DNA from: Basidiobolus meristosporus CBS 931.73
Taxonomy: Eukaryota > Fungi > Basidiobolomycota
NCBI GenBank assembly: GCA_002104905.1
Contig: MCFE01000092.1
Span: forward strand, 62,001-126,000
DNA length: 64,000 nt
Direction of reading: 5' to 3'
Shown here: piece by piece, positions 25,891 through 38,900 of the stretch
How positions within the stretch are numbered: position 1 is the first letter of the stretch
Layout of the letters: each line of letters begins with the position of its first letter
The notes under the pieces: model-generated
What the model was told of the DNA's origin: nothing
Database searches by the model: none
The model's input: the letters and a program-made list of their open reading frames with translations, nothing else
Made by a program: the position numbers and the translations under genes

Positions 25891-28800
25891 TGTTGCAATT
25901 TAAGAAGTGATTTGGATATAAGGAACTTATCAAGAAATAGTGATAATAGTTGAACTGTTGTTTATTCATAAAGAAGCTCAGTATTTATACCTTTGTAGAA
26001 GTAATACAGCTGCAACACTAAGTAGGGAGGGTTTCTCAATATTCAGGAGCATTCTGTAACAGTTTCAGGGTTAGTACATAATGTTTGGTAATAGTGCTAA
26101 TTTGATCCTGACTATAGGGGAATAATCATAAGATCATATATCTGGAGACAGTGGCAAAGTTAAGGCAGTAAATGAGTCCTACATTGACTAAGACTAGCCT
26201 AGAATTGTTAAGTAAATTTTTAGCTGCTGAATGATACCAAATAGTTCAATATTTGAACAGATGGCCTCATTGCAAGTCTGTGATTGGAATTATCATGGCC
26301 ATATGGTGGCCTACAGCTAGTTCTGTTTAATTCTACCATACCAACTTACCAAATAGTATTTCCTTTTTCTACCTCCCCTTGTGCAACTCATATATTACAC
26401 TGTAGAATCACCCTCTTTATTTGCTTACCCACTACTACCTTTGGTATTCCAAATATAGGTTGAATCAAAGAAAACCATGGCCTCCTGCTTACTAATGTTT
26501 ATAAATGTGTACACCTGCCACAGTTGATACACTTCTATCACTTCAACTTTACAGCATTTTAGTGTGATACTTGCAAGGTTGCCATATACCTTGTTCTGCT
26601 GGTAAAATATACCTTTTACAAACCTATACTTGGTAGCTGCTACTTCTGCCTTGAACACCTCATGATTGTTGGCAAAGAACTTTTTGGTATTTAGCTTATA
26701 TATTTCTTCTGCCTGCTGGATTCTAGTCCCCCTTATAGGTGCACTCAGACTCTTGTTTGTGTGAGTTCCATGTTGAATGATGTAGATGTTGGCTTATGAC
26801 AAAGAGAAATCTGGCATACCTTGGTAGAGTTTTCCTATTAAAAAATATTGGCTTGTTGCACTCAGCCCAACTTTGCATCACTTAACTGATTACCCCTTTA
26901 TTGGGGCTGCATAGCTTCTTAATGCCATAGGCATTGGTGTAGCCATGTGCACATCTGTCCTCATTATTTTCCAACTCTCCCTGGCTGTGCTCCATATGCC
27001 AACTCACTACATCCATGGCAGACTTGAAGGTAACACATTAGATGGGATTGGAATATGGTAGTACCTGCAACTTGACTTGTCTTCCTATCTCCCCATGCAT
27101 CAACTTCAAAAAAAACTCCCACTAGGTGAAGCAAGGCCCAAAACTCTCAACACACTGTGCAAGATGGAGTAGATAATGGATACAGTGGTGGCAGAGATCT
27201 ACACATTCAGCTTTATGCTTGTAGTATAGCCATTCAAATCTTGTTACAACTCCTGGCAGGAGAGCTGCAGATGTGTCAAGTTGGCATTGGTGATCTGCTT
27301 CTGGATAACTATTCCTACAATGTCACATATTACTCCCAAAGCTTCCAATGTACGCTTGGTAGGAATGTCTGCAGAACACCACTTGAATAAATACATATCT
27401 AATTCATCCAGTCTTTGCATTTGTATTGTTGCATATGCATATGAGCAATGATTGGAGCCTGTGATAAGTACTTAGGGTAGGGATACTATTTCATATCTTG
27501 CCAGTTTTTTCAGATTTTTCTGGTATCTTGAAGGGCTCATTTAGCTTGAAATGCCCCATGTACAACTTGGTCATTAATACAGGGATTTTGTTTAAAAGCA
27601 AATGCATTGCTCCCAGAGGAAAGCTTTTTGCTCCAATATATATGCTCTATCTATAGTATCTCTGGTTTCCAATTGATTGCAGATCCTGGCCAATGGCTTA
27701 TACCTTGCCAACTTTGCTGCAGTTGCATGCTGATTTCTGTATATTCTTTCTGTGAGAAGGTGATGTTCTTAGTGTTGGTGTATTGGTAATAGTAATGAGT
27801 GTGAGCTAGGGAGTAAATCTCCTGGATCTTACACATTTGACGGCAATACCATACATTGTGCCTAGAAAAGCCAGCTATTGTGCTGATGGCTAGGGTATCA
27901 CCAATGCAGATAATGATATGTGCTTTTACATGATGGCCATTTACTGTTATCCTGCTGGAAAGCATACAAAACTCATCCAGCAATGCACACAGGTAACTAT
28001 CCAGGTTGGAAGGTGATTTAGGCCCATATACTAGTGAGACTACAATCAGATTTTTGCTCTGCTACCGTATGATATGTGGCAGATTCAGGTTGATAAGAAT
28101 CAGCAACCAGCAGGATTTGGTGGTAGAGTACTTGTTCAATAAGAATTCATCAAGTGCTAAAGCAAAGGCATGGTCATGTATACCTTCAAAGTAGCCCTTG
28201 CTTCATGGCTGTTCGTATGTTTTCCATCAAGTATATAGGATACATTAGCACTTGATTTATGCTGACTGCGGTGCTTTATAGCTTTCCAACATTGATCAGG
28301 CTGCATGAGCTTCTTCAGATTGGGTATTACCAGAATATATCTGGAGTGGGAGCAATGTTCTCCCTCAATGGTGGTGGATACCTGTTAATCTGAACATGTT
28401 GCAATGGTGGCATTTTTCAATGTCAATGTCATGCAACTGTTAGCACATGCTGGTATCAGGACAGTCTCTGGGTCATATGTGGCCAGTCACATGACTGCTG
28501 TCCACTTGTACTATGTACATGGTAAGTTGCATACCAGAATGATTTTGGCAAGAAGTAGTAATAAATCCTCAAAGCCCCCATTACTGATATTTGTGAAAAT
28601 GTGCCACTTCTCTAGCCACAACATTACATCACTCACCAATGGATGGATTACTGGGCTCACTTGGTTCCATAAAGTATCCTTGGCAATTGTTTCAGTGGGT
28701 TTTGTCTCATTTCATATTGGGACTTGACCAGGCTCATGCATGGTACTATTGATAGGGTGGATAGGCTCAAAATCCATCAGTGAACCTTCTTTGTCAGAGT

Positions 28801-28925
28801 TTTCACTCTGCATGCCATATTGAGAAGGCTGAGGTGAGCCTCAAGGCATCACTAACTCACATGACTCAGTTTGTGCAAGGTGAGAAAGACAGCCAGATGC
28901 CAATATAGAAGTATCAACTGGCTGG

Positions 28926-31126
28926 TGTTGTATCCAAGAGAAAAGTATAAAAAAGCTCTTGAATGGTTTAAATGAGCCTAAGCAACAACTAAGTGCAGAG
29001 TCTTAGAATTGTCAGAGAGTGGCCAAAATACTGGCAAAGAGATTCTGGTCTAATATTGGTATTGTATTTAGCTGGGTTTGGCAATAAAGGCAACAGGGTT
29101 GGTTTGCTATGCAGGCTAGGCTTTGTGTTCTTGGGAGTACTAGAAATGCTAGGCTTGGGTAGAAACTTATAATGTGATTGTTGAGTTCTTAGTTTTGCTG
29201 AGATACTCACTAAGCCAAAAAGTTCAGCAAATTTCATCATACTTCTCTGATCAAGTTGATTCAGTAAGCACCAAGAGTCTTGACTTATTGAAATCTGTTG
29301 GGGTGCTCATAGGTGAATAATATAAATGAGAAATTGCATCATTAATCAGCTGATGTTTTGGCAATTGCTAAGTGATTGGAAAGATCTCAGATGACTAATC
29401 ACTTGGAAAGGCTTAGCATATCTGTTGAGGAAGTAACAATCACATGAAAATTGATCATTTATAACAGCTAAAAATAGATTCTAATTAGTGATAAAATAAA
29501 CCATAACTGGGATCAGTTATGTTTGGGTTGGGGAAAGTCATTTTGGGTACTAGATTTCCTCATGCAGCAAGATAGGCCAAGTTTTAAATGTTGATGCACA
29601 ACATCACTTCCTCCCAGGAGAGGAGTTTTCTGATACCTTCTGGGTTCCCCTACAGCTCCAAAACTCTTCAATGATGGAAACATCATCACAGTTGATGTAA
29701 GGCTCCCAGTGGTTGTGTTTGGCATCATAACCTTTCCACTTAACTCAATAAATGCAATTGGATTCTTCTCCTTCATGACCTACAATAGCTTCAACTTCAT
29801 AGGATTCAGAAGTAACCGGCTCCTTAGATATAAGCTTGAGTGAAGAAGGTGAAAGGCTTTTGGGTAGCAGGGCTCCAGTATTGTCCTGGAGTACATAAGA
29901 TCCTCCAATAGTATGCTCAACAACTCTGAATGGGCCTTCATATTTAGGGTCAAGCTTAGATTGTTGGAATGGATCTAGTGTCATGATATATGGCCTATCT
30001 GGGAAGCTGCTGTACCTGTGTCTTGAGGTGCATGCTAAAGTCATCTTTTGTGGTGAGGCTTTACTTCTGGCACTGATAAAAGGGTAGACAATGTTGGTAA
30101 GGTACTCAAGTTGGCTCTTTAGCTTGTCTGATTTTGAACTTGCCAACTCTGTATTTTGGCAGTCTCCTAAGAGGTTGTATCTTCTTCCAAACATCAAAGG
30201 AAATGACATTAATCCATGTAGAGCAGCAATTTTGGTGTTGATAGTGTACTGTACAGCAGGAATATACTTGTCCCAATTCTTCTTGATACCTTTGATAGAT
30301 TTCCTGATGATGTTCATAGCAGTCTAAACATGTCTTTCTAAAAGTTCATTAGCTTTAGGATGAAATGGAGTGATCAGACAGTGAGCAATGGCACTATACT
30401 GGCAAAGGGCTTTGATTACATGATATACAAATTCTGTTCCATTATCCAATTGAATGACCTTAGGGAGTCCAAGAAGGCAGAAGAGCCTGAGTATAGATTG
30501 TGTAATAGTGGTGGCATACTTGTCTGGGATAGCTTTGAGGAAGACAAAACATGTGCAGGCATCCACAATGACAAAGAGGTAGTGATTACCATCATTGCTA
30601 GTGGTAGAATGCTCAGCTAGATCAATTGCAAAATGATCCATAGGATGGCTTGCATGGATAGGATTTAAAGGGTGATATCTATCGCGGCTGATTTTGAAAA
30701 GTTGACATTCTCTGCAAGACTTGACAAGTTCCAGGCAGTCAGCTTTTACATTTGGCCAGTGATATCCATCAGAGTGTAGCTTCTTTGTAAGTGTGTTTGC
30801 TCCAGAGTGTCCAAGTAAATGGCTCCTCTGCATTGATATTTTTCTTTGATCTGCAGGTGGGACTTTCCAAGTTGCTGGATCTGCTAAGGAATTATTTGGG
30901 AAGTTGTAGTGAGCTTACTGATTAAGTCAGATATCACATGTCCCTCCCAAGATGATGTTAGAAAAAGTCTTGACAGGTGGCCAGGCAGGATGTTGACAAA
31001 TCCTGGGTGATGAACTCAAATGCTTGGTAATGAGCCTTGTTCCATGCTGAGGGAAGATCAGGACTATGGTGTAATGCATCCAAAGGAGCACTCAATGTGG
31101 AAATGGGAGGAATGTGTTCCCTGAAA
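28926..31126 (-). mobile_element. Chromovirus-type Ty3/gypsy 3' half (RT thumb relic, integrase, chromodomain, PPT, candidate 678-bp 3' LTR at 28926-29603)
   Basis: IN zinc finger HLLGH...CRECQ, core AIDL and IQLDNGTEF, KLDPKYEGPFRV; chromodomain YEVEAIVGH...VKWKGY...WEP; candidate LTR bounded by TGTTGT...ACAACA. Confidence 0.85.
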
Positions 31127-31249
31127 CCCTATGAAGAATAACTTGGTCCCACAGGTGGATCCAATCTGGATCAGCTGTCAGGATCCCATTAAGAGACCAT
31201 CATAATACCAGCAACTTGGAACTAGTGAACCTTCTAGTGATCTTATGAT

Positions 31250-34200
31250 GGGATCATGTTGGTGTTTTGCCAATTTTGCAACCAAATAAAGGGATAAAAC
31301 TTGACAATATTTTATTGGTGCTGTGACAATATTTGCTTGGGATTGTTGTGGGCTTATAGTGCTCTATAACTATTTTAAGTGGATCCATTTTGTCAGGACA
31401 TCCTGTTGTCTTATATGGCAAGAAACTTGACAGTATTTTGATGGCCTCACTGCAAGGCTCTGATGGCATTACATTGGCAGTATGACAGACTACCACTGGT
31501 CCTGTATGGTGCTACTGTACCAATTTAGCAAATGGTATTTCCTTTTTCTACCTCCCCTTGTGCAATCCATATATTTCACTGTAGAATCATCCCTCTTTAC
31601 TTGCTTACCCACTACTACCTTGGGTATTCCACATACAGTTCAAATTAACATAACTATGGCCTCCTGCTTACTGACCTATACATACACGCACACCTGCTGC
31701 AATTGAAATATTTCTATTACCTCAACTTTGCATCTTTTTAGTGTGATACTTACAAAGTTACCATTTATCTTGTACTGCTGGTAACATATATATCTTGCAA
31801 ACATATGCATGGTTGTTGCCACTGCTGCCATGAATACCTCCTGAATATCCGCAGAGAACATCTTGGTATTTAGGCAATATGTTCCTTCTCCCTGCTGGAT
31901 TCTAGTCCCCTTTATAGCTTCACTCTGGCTTTTGTTGGTGTGAATTATGCATTGAATGGCATAGAAGTTGGCTTGTGACCATGAGAAACCCAGCATACCT
32001 TGGTAGAGTTTCCCTGAAAAAAGTTAGTTGCTTGTTGCACCCAACCTAACTTTCAATTACTTAACTGATTACCCACACATTGGGGCTGCTTAGCTTCTTG
32101 ATGCCATAGACATAGGTGTCTCCATATGCACATTTGTCCTCAGTATTTTCCAACTCTTCCTGGCTGTCCTCCATGTGCCAACTCATCACATCCATGACAG
32201 ACTTGAGAGTAATATTCTTCATGAGATTTGGTTATGGTGGTACCTGCAACTTGACTCATCTTCCTATCTCTCCACAAATCTGCTCCATAGGAAACTCCCC
32301 AAAGGTGAAGCAAGGCCCAATATTTGCTACACAATGTGCAAGATGGAGTAGAGAATGGATACAGTAGTGGCAGAGATCTACGCATTCAGCTTTATGTTTG
32401 TAGTATAGCTGCTTCAATCCAATCACAAACTCCTCACACAGCCGCTGTGGTGGTGTATAGGTCCAAGGGAGAGATACGTCCAACACTTCTCAAGTGTTTT
32501 GTGTGTGGGGTGTTCACTGGGTGCGATAACCTCTGGCAAAAGCTTGCTAGGAATACTTGGGTTCTGTCTCTAATCTAATGTGAAGGGGAATAAAGCCACA
32601 AGCTTGTCAAGGGAAAACTATTGAGCTACAATCCCCAACTTAGTTGGCGTCTTAACAAAAGTATGTGCTGGGTTCAGCGTCCTTTGAGATGACAATGTAC
32701 TAAAGCTTCCAAAGTCAAAACAACTGTAAACTCCACCAGCAGGGACTTGATAAGAATGCAGCTTTGGTCAATAGTTACAAAGACAGAAAAGTATCTTTGC
32801 CTGTACAAGAACAAACTTGGGAAAGAATCAAATATAATAAAAGATACCTACTCTGAGTATTCCTCACAAGTAGTGCCTCCAAGGTCAGTTGGCTGTCAGC
32901 GCGGTTTCCTGGGAGTGTCCTGTGGTCTAGGGTTGGAAGTTCAGGTAGCAGCAGGTAGCAGTGATCACACTAATCAACAAGTCGGTATATTGATAAAAGG
33001 GATGATGATTTATTGTTGAGGGATAGCCTCCCTTATATACTTTTCTCACTGGCTAAGTGATTACTAATCATGATGTTCCAGAAGGTTCCGGATATCAATA
33101 GAAATCTTAATGACATCAGGATGACCTAAGAATGTTCTAAGTAGGTGCCGGAAGGTTCTAAGAGGCACAGCACATCCAACCAATCAGGAATCAGTATTCT
33201 GAAACCTGTGTAACATGGGGATACCATATATGGTATGGAAATGGTAGGGATGGTGACACGGGCTGATCATGTGTCACGGGTACTGGCGCGGGTACTTACC
33301 TAATATAGAAGTACTTATAGCTAGTAATCTTACATAAAGTGAGGGGTAACTTATGCAATAAGGTAAGCAGGTGTGATAGTCAACCGGCTTATGGGATAGT
33401 ACTGATTGGGTAAGACAAATGGGATAAAACTAAAATAAGTGTAGTAGAGATATAGGGAAGTAGAAAATAAGGGAATGTGCACATCTGTCAGTGGGTGTCA
33501 CTGTCACCCCACTACACCGCTGTAGATGCGTCAAGTTGGCATTGATGATCTGCTTCTGGATAACTATTCCTACAATGTCCACATATTACTCCCAATGCTT
33601 CCAATGTACTCTTGGTAGGAATGGCTTCAGAATGCCACTTGAATAAATATCTATCCAGTTCATCCAGTCTTTGCATTTAAATTGTTGCATATGCTTATGA
33701 ATATTAATTGGAGCCTGTGAGAAGTACCTAAGGTAGTGGAAACTCAGTAATATCTTGCCAATTCTTTCAAGTTTCTCTGGTATCTTGAAGGGCTCTTTTA
33801 GCTTGAAATGCCCCATGTACAACTTGGTCATTAATACAGGGATATTGTTGAAAAGCAAATGCATTTCTCCCAGTGGAAAGCTTTTGCTCCAGCAGATATC
33901 CTCTATCTTAAGCATATCTGGTTTCCAATTGATTGAATATTCTGGCCAATGGCTTATACCTTGCCAGCGTTCCTGCAGTTGCATGCCAACTTCTGTATGT
34001 TCTCTCTGTGTAAAGATGATGTTCTTAGTGCTGGTTTTTGGGTAATAATAATGTGTGTGAGTTAGGCAGTAAATCCCCTGGATTTCACATATGTGACAGC
34101 AATACTGTTTATTGTGCCCAGAAAAACCTGCTATCTTGCTGATGGCTGGGGTATCTCCAATACAGATAATAATATGCACTTTTGCATGATGGCCATTTAC

Positions 34201-35370
34201 TGTTATCCCACTGGAAAGCATACAAAATACATCAAGCAATGAATACAGGTAGCTATGCAGGTTGGATGGTGATTTAGGCCCAGATACCAGTGAGACTACA
34301 ATCAGATTTTTGTTCCACTACCATATGATAAGTGGCAGATTCAGGTTGATGAGAATCAGTGGGCAGCAGGATTTGCTGGTAGAATACTTGTTTAATGAGA
34401 ATCCATCAGGTGCTAAAGCAAAGACATGGTCATACATACCTTCAATTTAGCCCTTGCTTCATAGCTGTATGTAATGTTTGCCATTGAATATATTGGATGT
34501 GTTTGCACTTGGGTGATACTGGGTGCAGTACTGTATAGCTTTGCAATATTTGTCAGACTGCATCAGCTTCCACAGACAGGGTATGCCTGGAATATATGTG
34601 GAGTGTGAACAATGTTTTCATCCAATGGTGGTGGATTCCTGATAATTTGGACATGTTGCAATGGTAGCATCTTTGGATGTGAATGCCATGCAACTGTTAG
34701 CCCATGCTGGATTCAGGATAGCCTCTGGATCATATGTTGCCAGCCGCATGATGGTTATCCACTTGTACCATGTACACGGTAAGTTGCATCCCAGTGTGAT
34801 TTTGGCAAGAAGTAGTAATAAATCCTCCAAGCCCCCATTACTGTAACTAGTGGAAATGCACCACTTCTCTATCCACAACATTACATCATTCACCAGTGGA
34901 TGGATTACTGGGCTCACTTGGCTCCAGAAAGTGTAATTAGTAATTGTTTCAACAGGTGTTGTCTCATTGCATAAAGGGATTTGACCAGGCTCCTACATGG
35001 TACTGTTGTTAGGGGATATAGGCTCAAAATCCAACAGAGAACCTTCTTTGTCAGAGCTATTACTCTGCATGCCATATTGAGAAGGCTGAGGTGAGCCTAA
35101 AGGCATCACAAACTCACCTGACTCAGTTTGCGCAAGGTGACAAAGACAGCCGGGTGCCAATATAGAAGGATCAACTGGCTGTCAAGATAATGTTGGTACA
35201 GTAGTGACCAATGAATGGTCAAATATGACTTGGATGGCAAAACACTGGCCATGATCCTTGTAATACTTCCTATGCTGTCTACATGCTTCAGGGCTGAGAG
35301 GCTTGCCACAACAGCCACATAGTCTTTTTTCTCTTCTCTTACAGTGTTGAGTCAAAGTAGTCTTGTCCAT
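31250..35370 (-). pseudogene. CACTA (tnp2/Transposase_21-like) transposase pseudogene, ~1000 codons, split by a solo LTR
   Basis: N-terminal CGCC..CRQH, ANSCMAF..TCPN, GDTPAISKIAGFSGHN..CCHIC, FKCKDWMNW, HYCIHSLLHL..V..IGP....EFPMEQICG are typical CMC/EnSpm transposase motifs; 3' end approximate. Confidence 0.8.
32446..33516. repeat. Solo LTR (1071 bp) of an otherwise absent family, with 4-bp TSD CCGC
   Basis: TGTGGTGG...CCACTACA termini; CCGC at 32442-32445 and 33517-33520; removal restores continuity with CACTA copy 2 near 27240. Confidence 0.85.
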
Positions 35371-35914
35371 GGTGCAACCAGTTTGACCTTCAACAACATA
35401 ACATTATTATATCACTTTTTGGTCAATACTCTTGTGAACTTAAGACAGTCTTATATTTGATACATTGCACCTACATGAATGTAAGATTCAATGATGACCC
35501 ACCATAGTAAGCATTGTTAGTAATGTTGTGGCACCACATACACATGTATATGTGACACTATTTTGCCTTTGGTTTGACTCACTTCTATATATATGCCACC
35601 AAAAAATAAAGCAGAGTTGTTGGGTTCCCAACCAAATCTCACCTCTGACAGCAACACAAGAACAGTTGGGCAACAGCTTGCATTGATATTCATTGCAACA
35701 AGTGGGACTACATCCAAAATGGGCCCTGTGGACAGTGTGCCCATTGAAGGTAATAATGCGGACTCCTCAGGCTCTCAGCCAAGTAGGCAATTGGGAACCT
35801 TGGTGGAGCCACAAGCTGACCAATATGCTCAGGCAGATGAGAATGTAGCAAATGCAGTACCCTAAGTTCAAGACCAGCAAGTGGCCATGATAACATCACC
35901 ACCACACGTATTAG

Positions 35915-38900
35915 TGTTGTAAAAATTTGTATTTCCACCTAAATACCCACCTAACTTAGTCACTTAGATCATTACCTTCATATTGTAGAGAATACTGACA
36001 AAACTCCTTGTTGGGATTTACTCAGAATATTTTCACCAAAATACCAGGTACCCAGAACATGAAAATTTGCAAAGTTGTCCAAACAGCCCCAAGCTTTGCA
36101 TAGATGTTCTTGGGACCTTCCTTAACCTACTCTATGTGTTTGTAATGCCAAGACCAGGTAAAAGTATAAATACTACTTTTACATTCAACAAATCATTTAG
36201 TGAAAACCACATAATCTACTTGTTCTCCCAATCACTTCCAATATCTCCAAGACTCTTACAACAGGTTATGAGCCCCAAGCTGTCACTCTCTGCAATGTCT
36301 ACTACTGCTATTACTGGAATTTTTCCCTCTGCTGAAAAGTTGGATGGATCTAACTACCTAGTGTGGAAGGTGAAGATGAAGATGCTGCTACAAGAAAGAG
36401 GCCTTTGGGTTATTGTCATGGGAGAAGAATGTCCTCATAAAAATGTGGGAGAGGAAGCCTTCAAGTACCAGAAGAAAGATCAAAGTGCCTTTAACTGCAT
36501 TTGCCTTAATGTTAAAGACAAATTGCTAACTCAATGCTCAAGAGCAAAAACTGCAAAAATGCCTGGAAAGCATTAGAAGACACCTACCAGTCATGTTCAG
36601 CTGCTAAGAAAATGTATCTGAGACAAAAACTCTTTACTACAAAGATGCTGCCAGGAGAAGAAATGAAAAATCTAATTAACAGAATTACCCTGCTGGTAGA
36701 TGAGATGGAATCTGTGGGTGTAGCAACTACTGATGAGGATGTGGTAGTTACCATCCTAAATAGCCCGACAGACAAGTTTCAGGGCCTTGTATCAGCCCTA
36801 GAGTCCAGATCTGAAGATTTGACCTTAAATTACATATAAGGAAGGCTCTTGGATGATGAATTAAGATAATCAAGCTCAAGAAAAAAGGAAGAAGAGAATG
36901 CTTTAATAAGCAATGACAACCAACAAAGGAGGTACCCAATACCCTACAAAGGCAACAGCAACCTGTTTTGTAACTACTGCAAAAGGAAAGGGCACACATT
37001 AGATCTTAAAAAGAGAGTTAAACAGCTAAAGAAGCCTGAATATGGAAATGCTGCAACAACTGAAGATAGACTATTCATATCTGCACTAAGTATGACCACA
37101 AACAAGGATTCTCAGATATGACATATTGACTCTGGAGCATCTCTACACTTTGCACACCAAAAAGAACTTTTTACCCAATATCAAGAAATTCCAATTGAGA
37201 GGGTTTCCATGGGTGACAATAGAACACTTGATGCAGTGGGAGAAGGAACTATCCCAGTAAACCTAAGAAGCAGTTAAGGAAGCCATACACTGACCTTCAA
37301 AGAAGTACTTTATGTACCAGAAATAGCCAAGAACCTACTGTCTGTAAGTAAGGCCACTGCAGAAGGACTCAGTTTCATCTTTGACAATTCTGGATACAAG
37401 ATTACTGATCAAAATGGTGCCCATATTGCTTTGGGTATCAGAGATCAGAATCTATACAAGTTGGCTTATATTCCATCATATTTGGAAGCCAATATAAGTA
37501 ACTTAAATGAAGAAACACCAATGCTTTGGCACAGGAGATTTGGGCACATCAATTTTGATTATTTGCGCAAAATGATCTAAGATCAGCTAATTTCTGGAGT
37601 AAATTAATTCCCCAGCCAATTTGGAGCACTGTGAAGCCTGCATATATGGGAAACAAGCCAGACAACTGTTCAAGAGCTCTGGGTTAATCAAAACTAAGAA
37701 AACATTAGATCTAATTCACTCAGATCTGTGTGGACCTATGCAAATTTATCCTTAGGCAGGATGAAGTATTTAATCACTTTTATTGATAATTACACAAGAT
37801 ACACATGGGTCTACTTCATGGAGAGAAAGGAAGAAGCTCTGTCTAAGCTCAGGGAGCTTAAAGCCATGGTGGAGAGAGAAACTGGTGAAAAAATCAGGAA
37901 AATATGCTCTGACAATGGTGGACAATACACCTGAAAACTCTTCATCCACTTCTGTAAAATTCATGGGTAAAGTAAGAGACTACTGTACCATACTTCCCAC
38001 AGCAAAATGGAGATGCAAAGCGTGTTGACAGATCAATAATTGATATGGCAAGATCTATGATCCATGATCAAAAATTATCCTAAGATTTTTGGACAGAATC
38101 AGTTGCCACTACAGCATATCTTAAAAATAGGAGTAAGAGCAGAATACTTTGTGATTCTACTCCATTTGAAGCATGGTATGGATACAGACCAAGTGCAGAA
38201 CATCTGAGAATATTTGGGTGTACAGTGTATGCCAAGAAACTGCCTGGAAACCAGTCAGAATTTGAGCCAAAAAGTGTAAAATGCATATTTTTGGGCTACT
38301 GCAATGAGAGCAAAGCATACAGACTCTACAATACCAAAGCAAAGAAGCTAATCAAGTCCAGGGATGTGTTGTTTGATGAAAATTCAGAATTTTCACACAA
38401 AATGACATCAGATGATGACAAAAATCTGTTCCCAAATTCACCAATTGTCAGGATAGAATCAGAGCAAAACAATGAAAATCTTTTCACTCCAGAGGACTCT
38501 AAGACCATGGTTCAGCCAGAATCAGTGCCCAGGAATATTCCAGAAGTGATCATTCCAGCATCAAATGCCCAGAGATCCAATAGGACAAGAAATAGCCCAA
38601 ATGTTTATATCAATGAGGGTACAAACTTAGCCTATGCCTATTCAGTCCATATTGATGAGCCCCAGACTGTAAAAGAGGCCCTAAATAGCCCTCAGACAAA
38701 GTTTTGGAGATCTGCAATGACTGAGGAATACCAGGCCATGATGGAAAATCAAACCTGAGACTTAGTCAATACCAATTAGCCAAAAATCAATTGGATGGAG
38801 TTGGGTCTTCAAGACAAAATGCAAGGCTGATGGTACAATTGAAAGATACAAAGAAAGACTTGTAGCCAAAGGATACTCTCAAACAAAAGGACTTGACTAT

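Larger units (their letters stand above)
21574..26259 (-). mobile_element. Full-length Ty1/copia family A element A3 (4686 bp), relatively young but inactivated
   Basis: LTRs 21574-21942 and 25891-26259 (369 bp, ~5 mismatches), perfect 5-bp TSD GATGG (21569-21573, 26260-26264), PBS, PPT 21943-21951. Confidence 0.97.
21330..28925 (-). mobile_element. CACTA/EnSpm-like transposon copy 2 (degenerate transposase), split by copia A3 at 21574-26259
   Basis: GDTLAISTIAGFSRHNVWYCRQMC at 27651-27983; collinear with copy 3; flanks of A3 rejoin into sequence matching 31420-31460; homology to copy 3 stops at 28925. Confidence 0.8.

Noticed and set aside
28989-29240. 83-aa Pro/Ser/Lys-rich minus-strand ORF
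   Set aside because: Falls within the candidate chromovirus LTR, has no motifs and no second copy to show coding constraint.
36067-36290. Open frame running from within the B LTR into gag, also open in LTR copies at 40458 and 46230
   Set aside because: Its start lies upstream of the LTR TATAAATA (~36166), so it is probably not in the transcript; recurrence simply reflects LTR homology.
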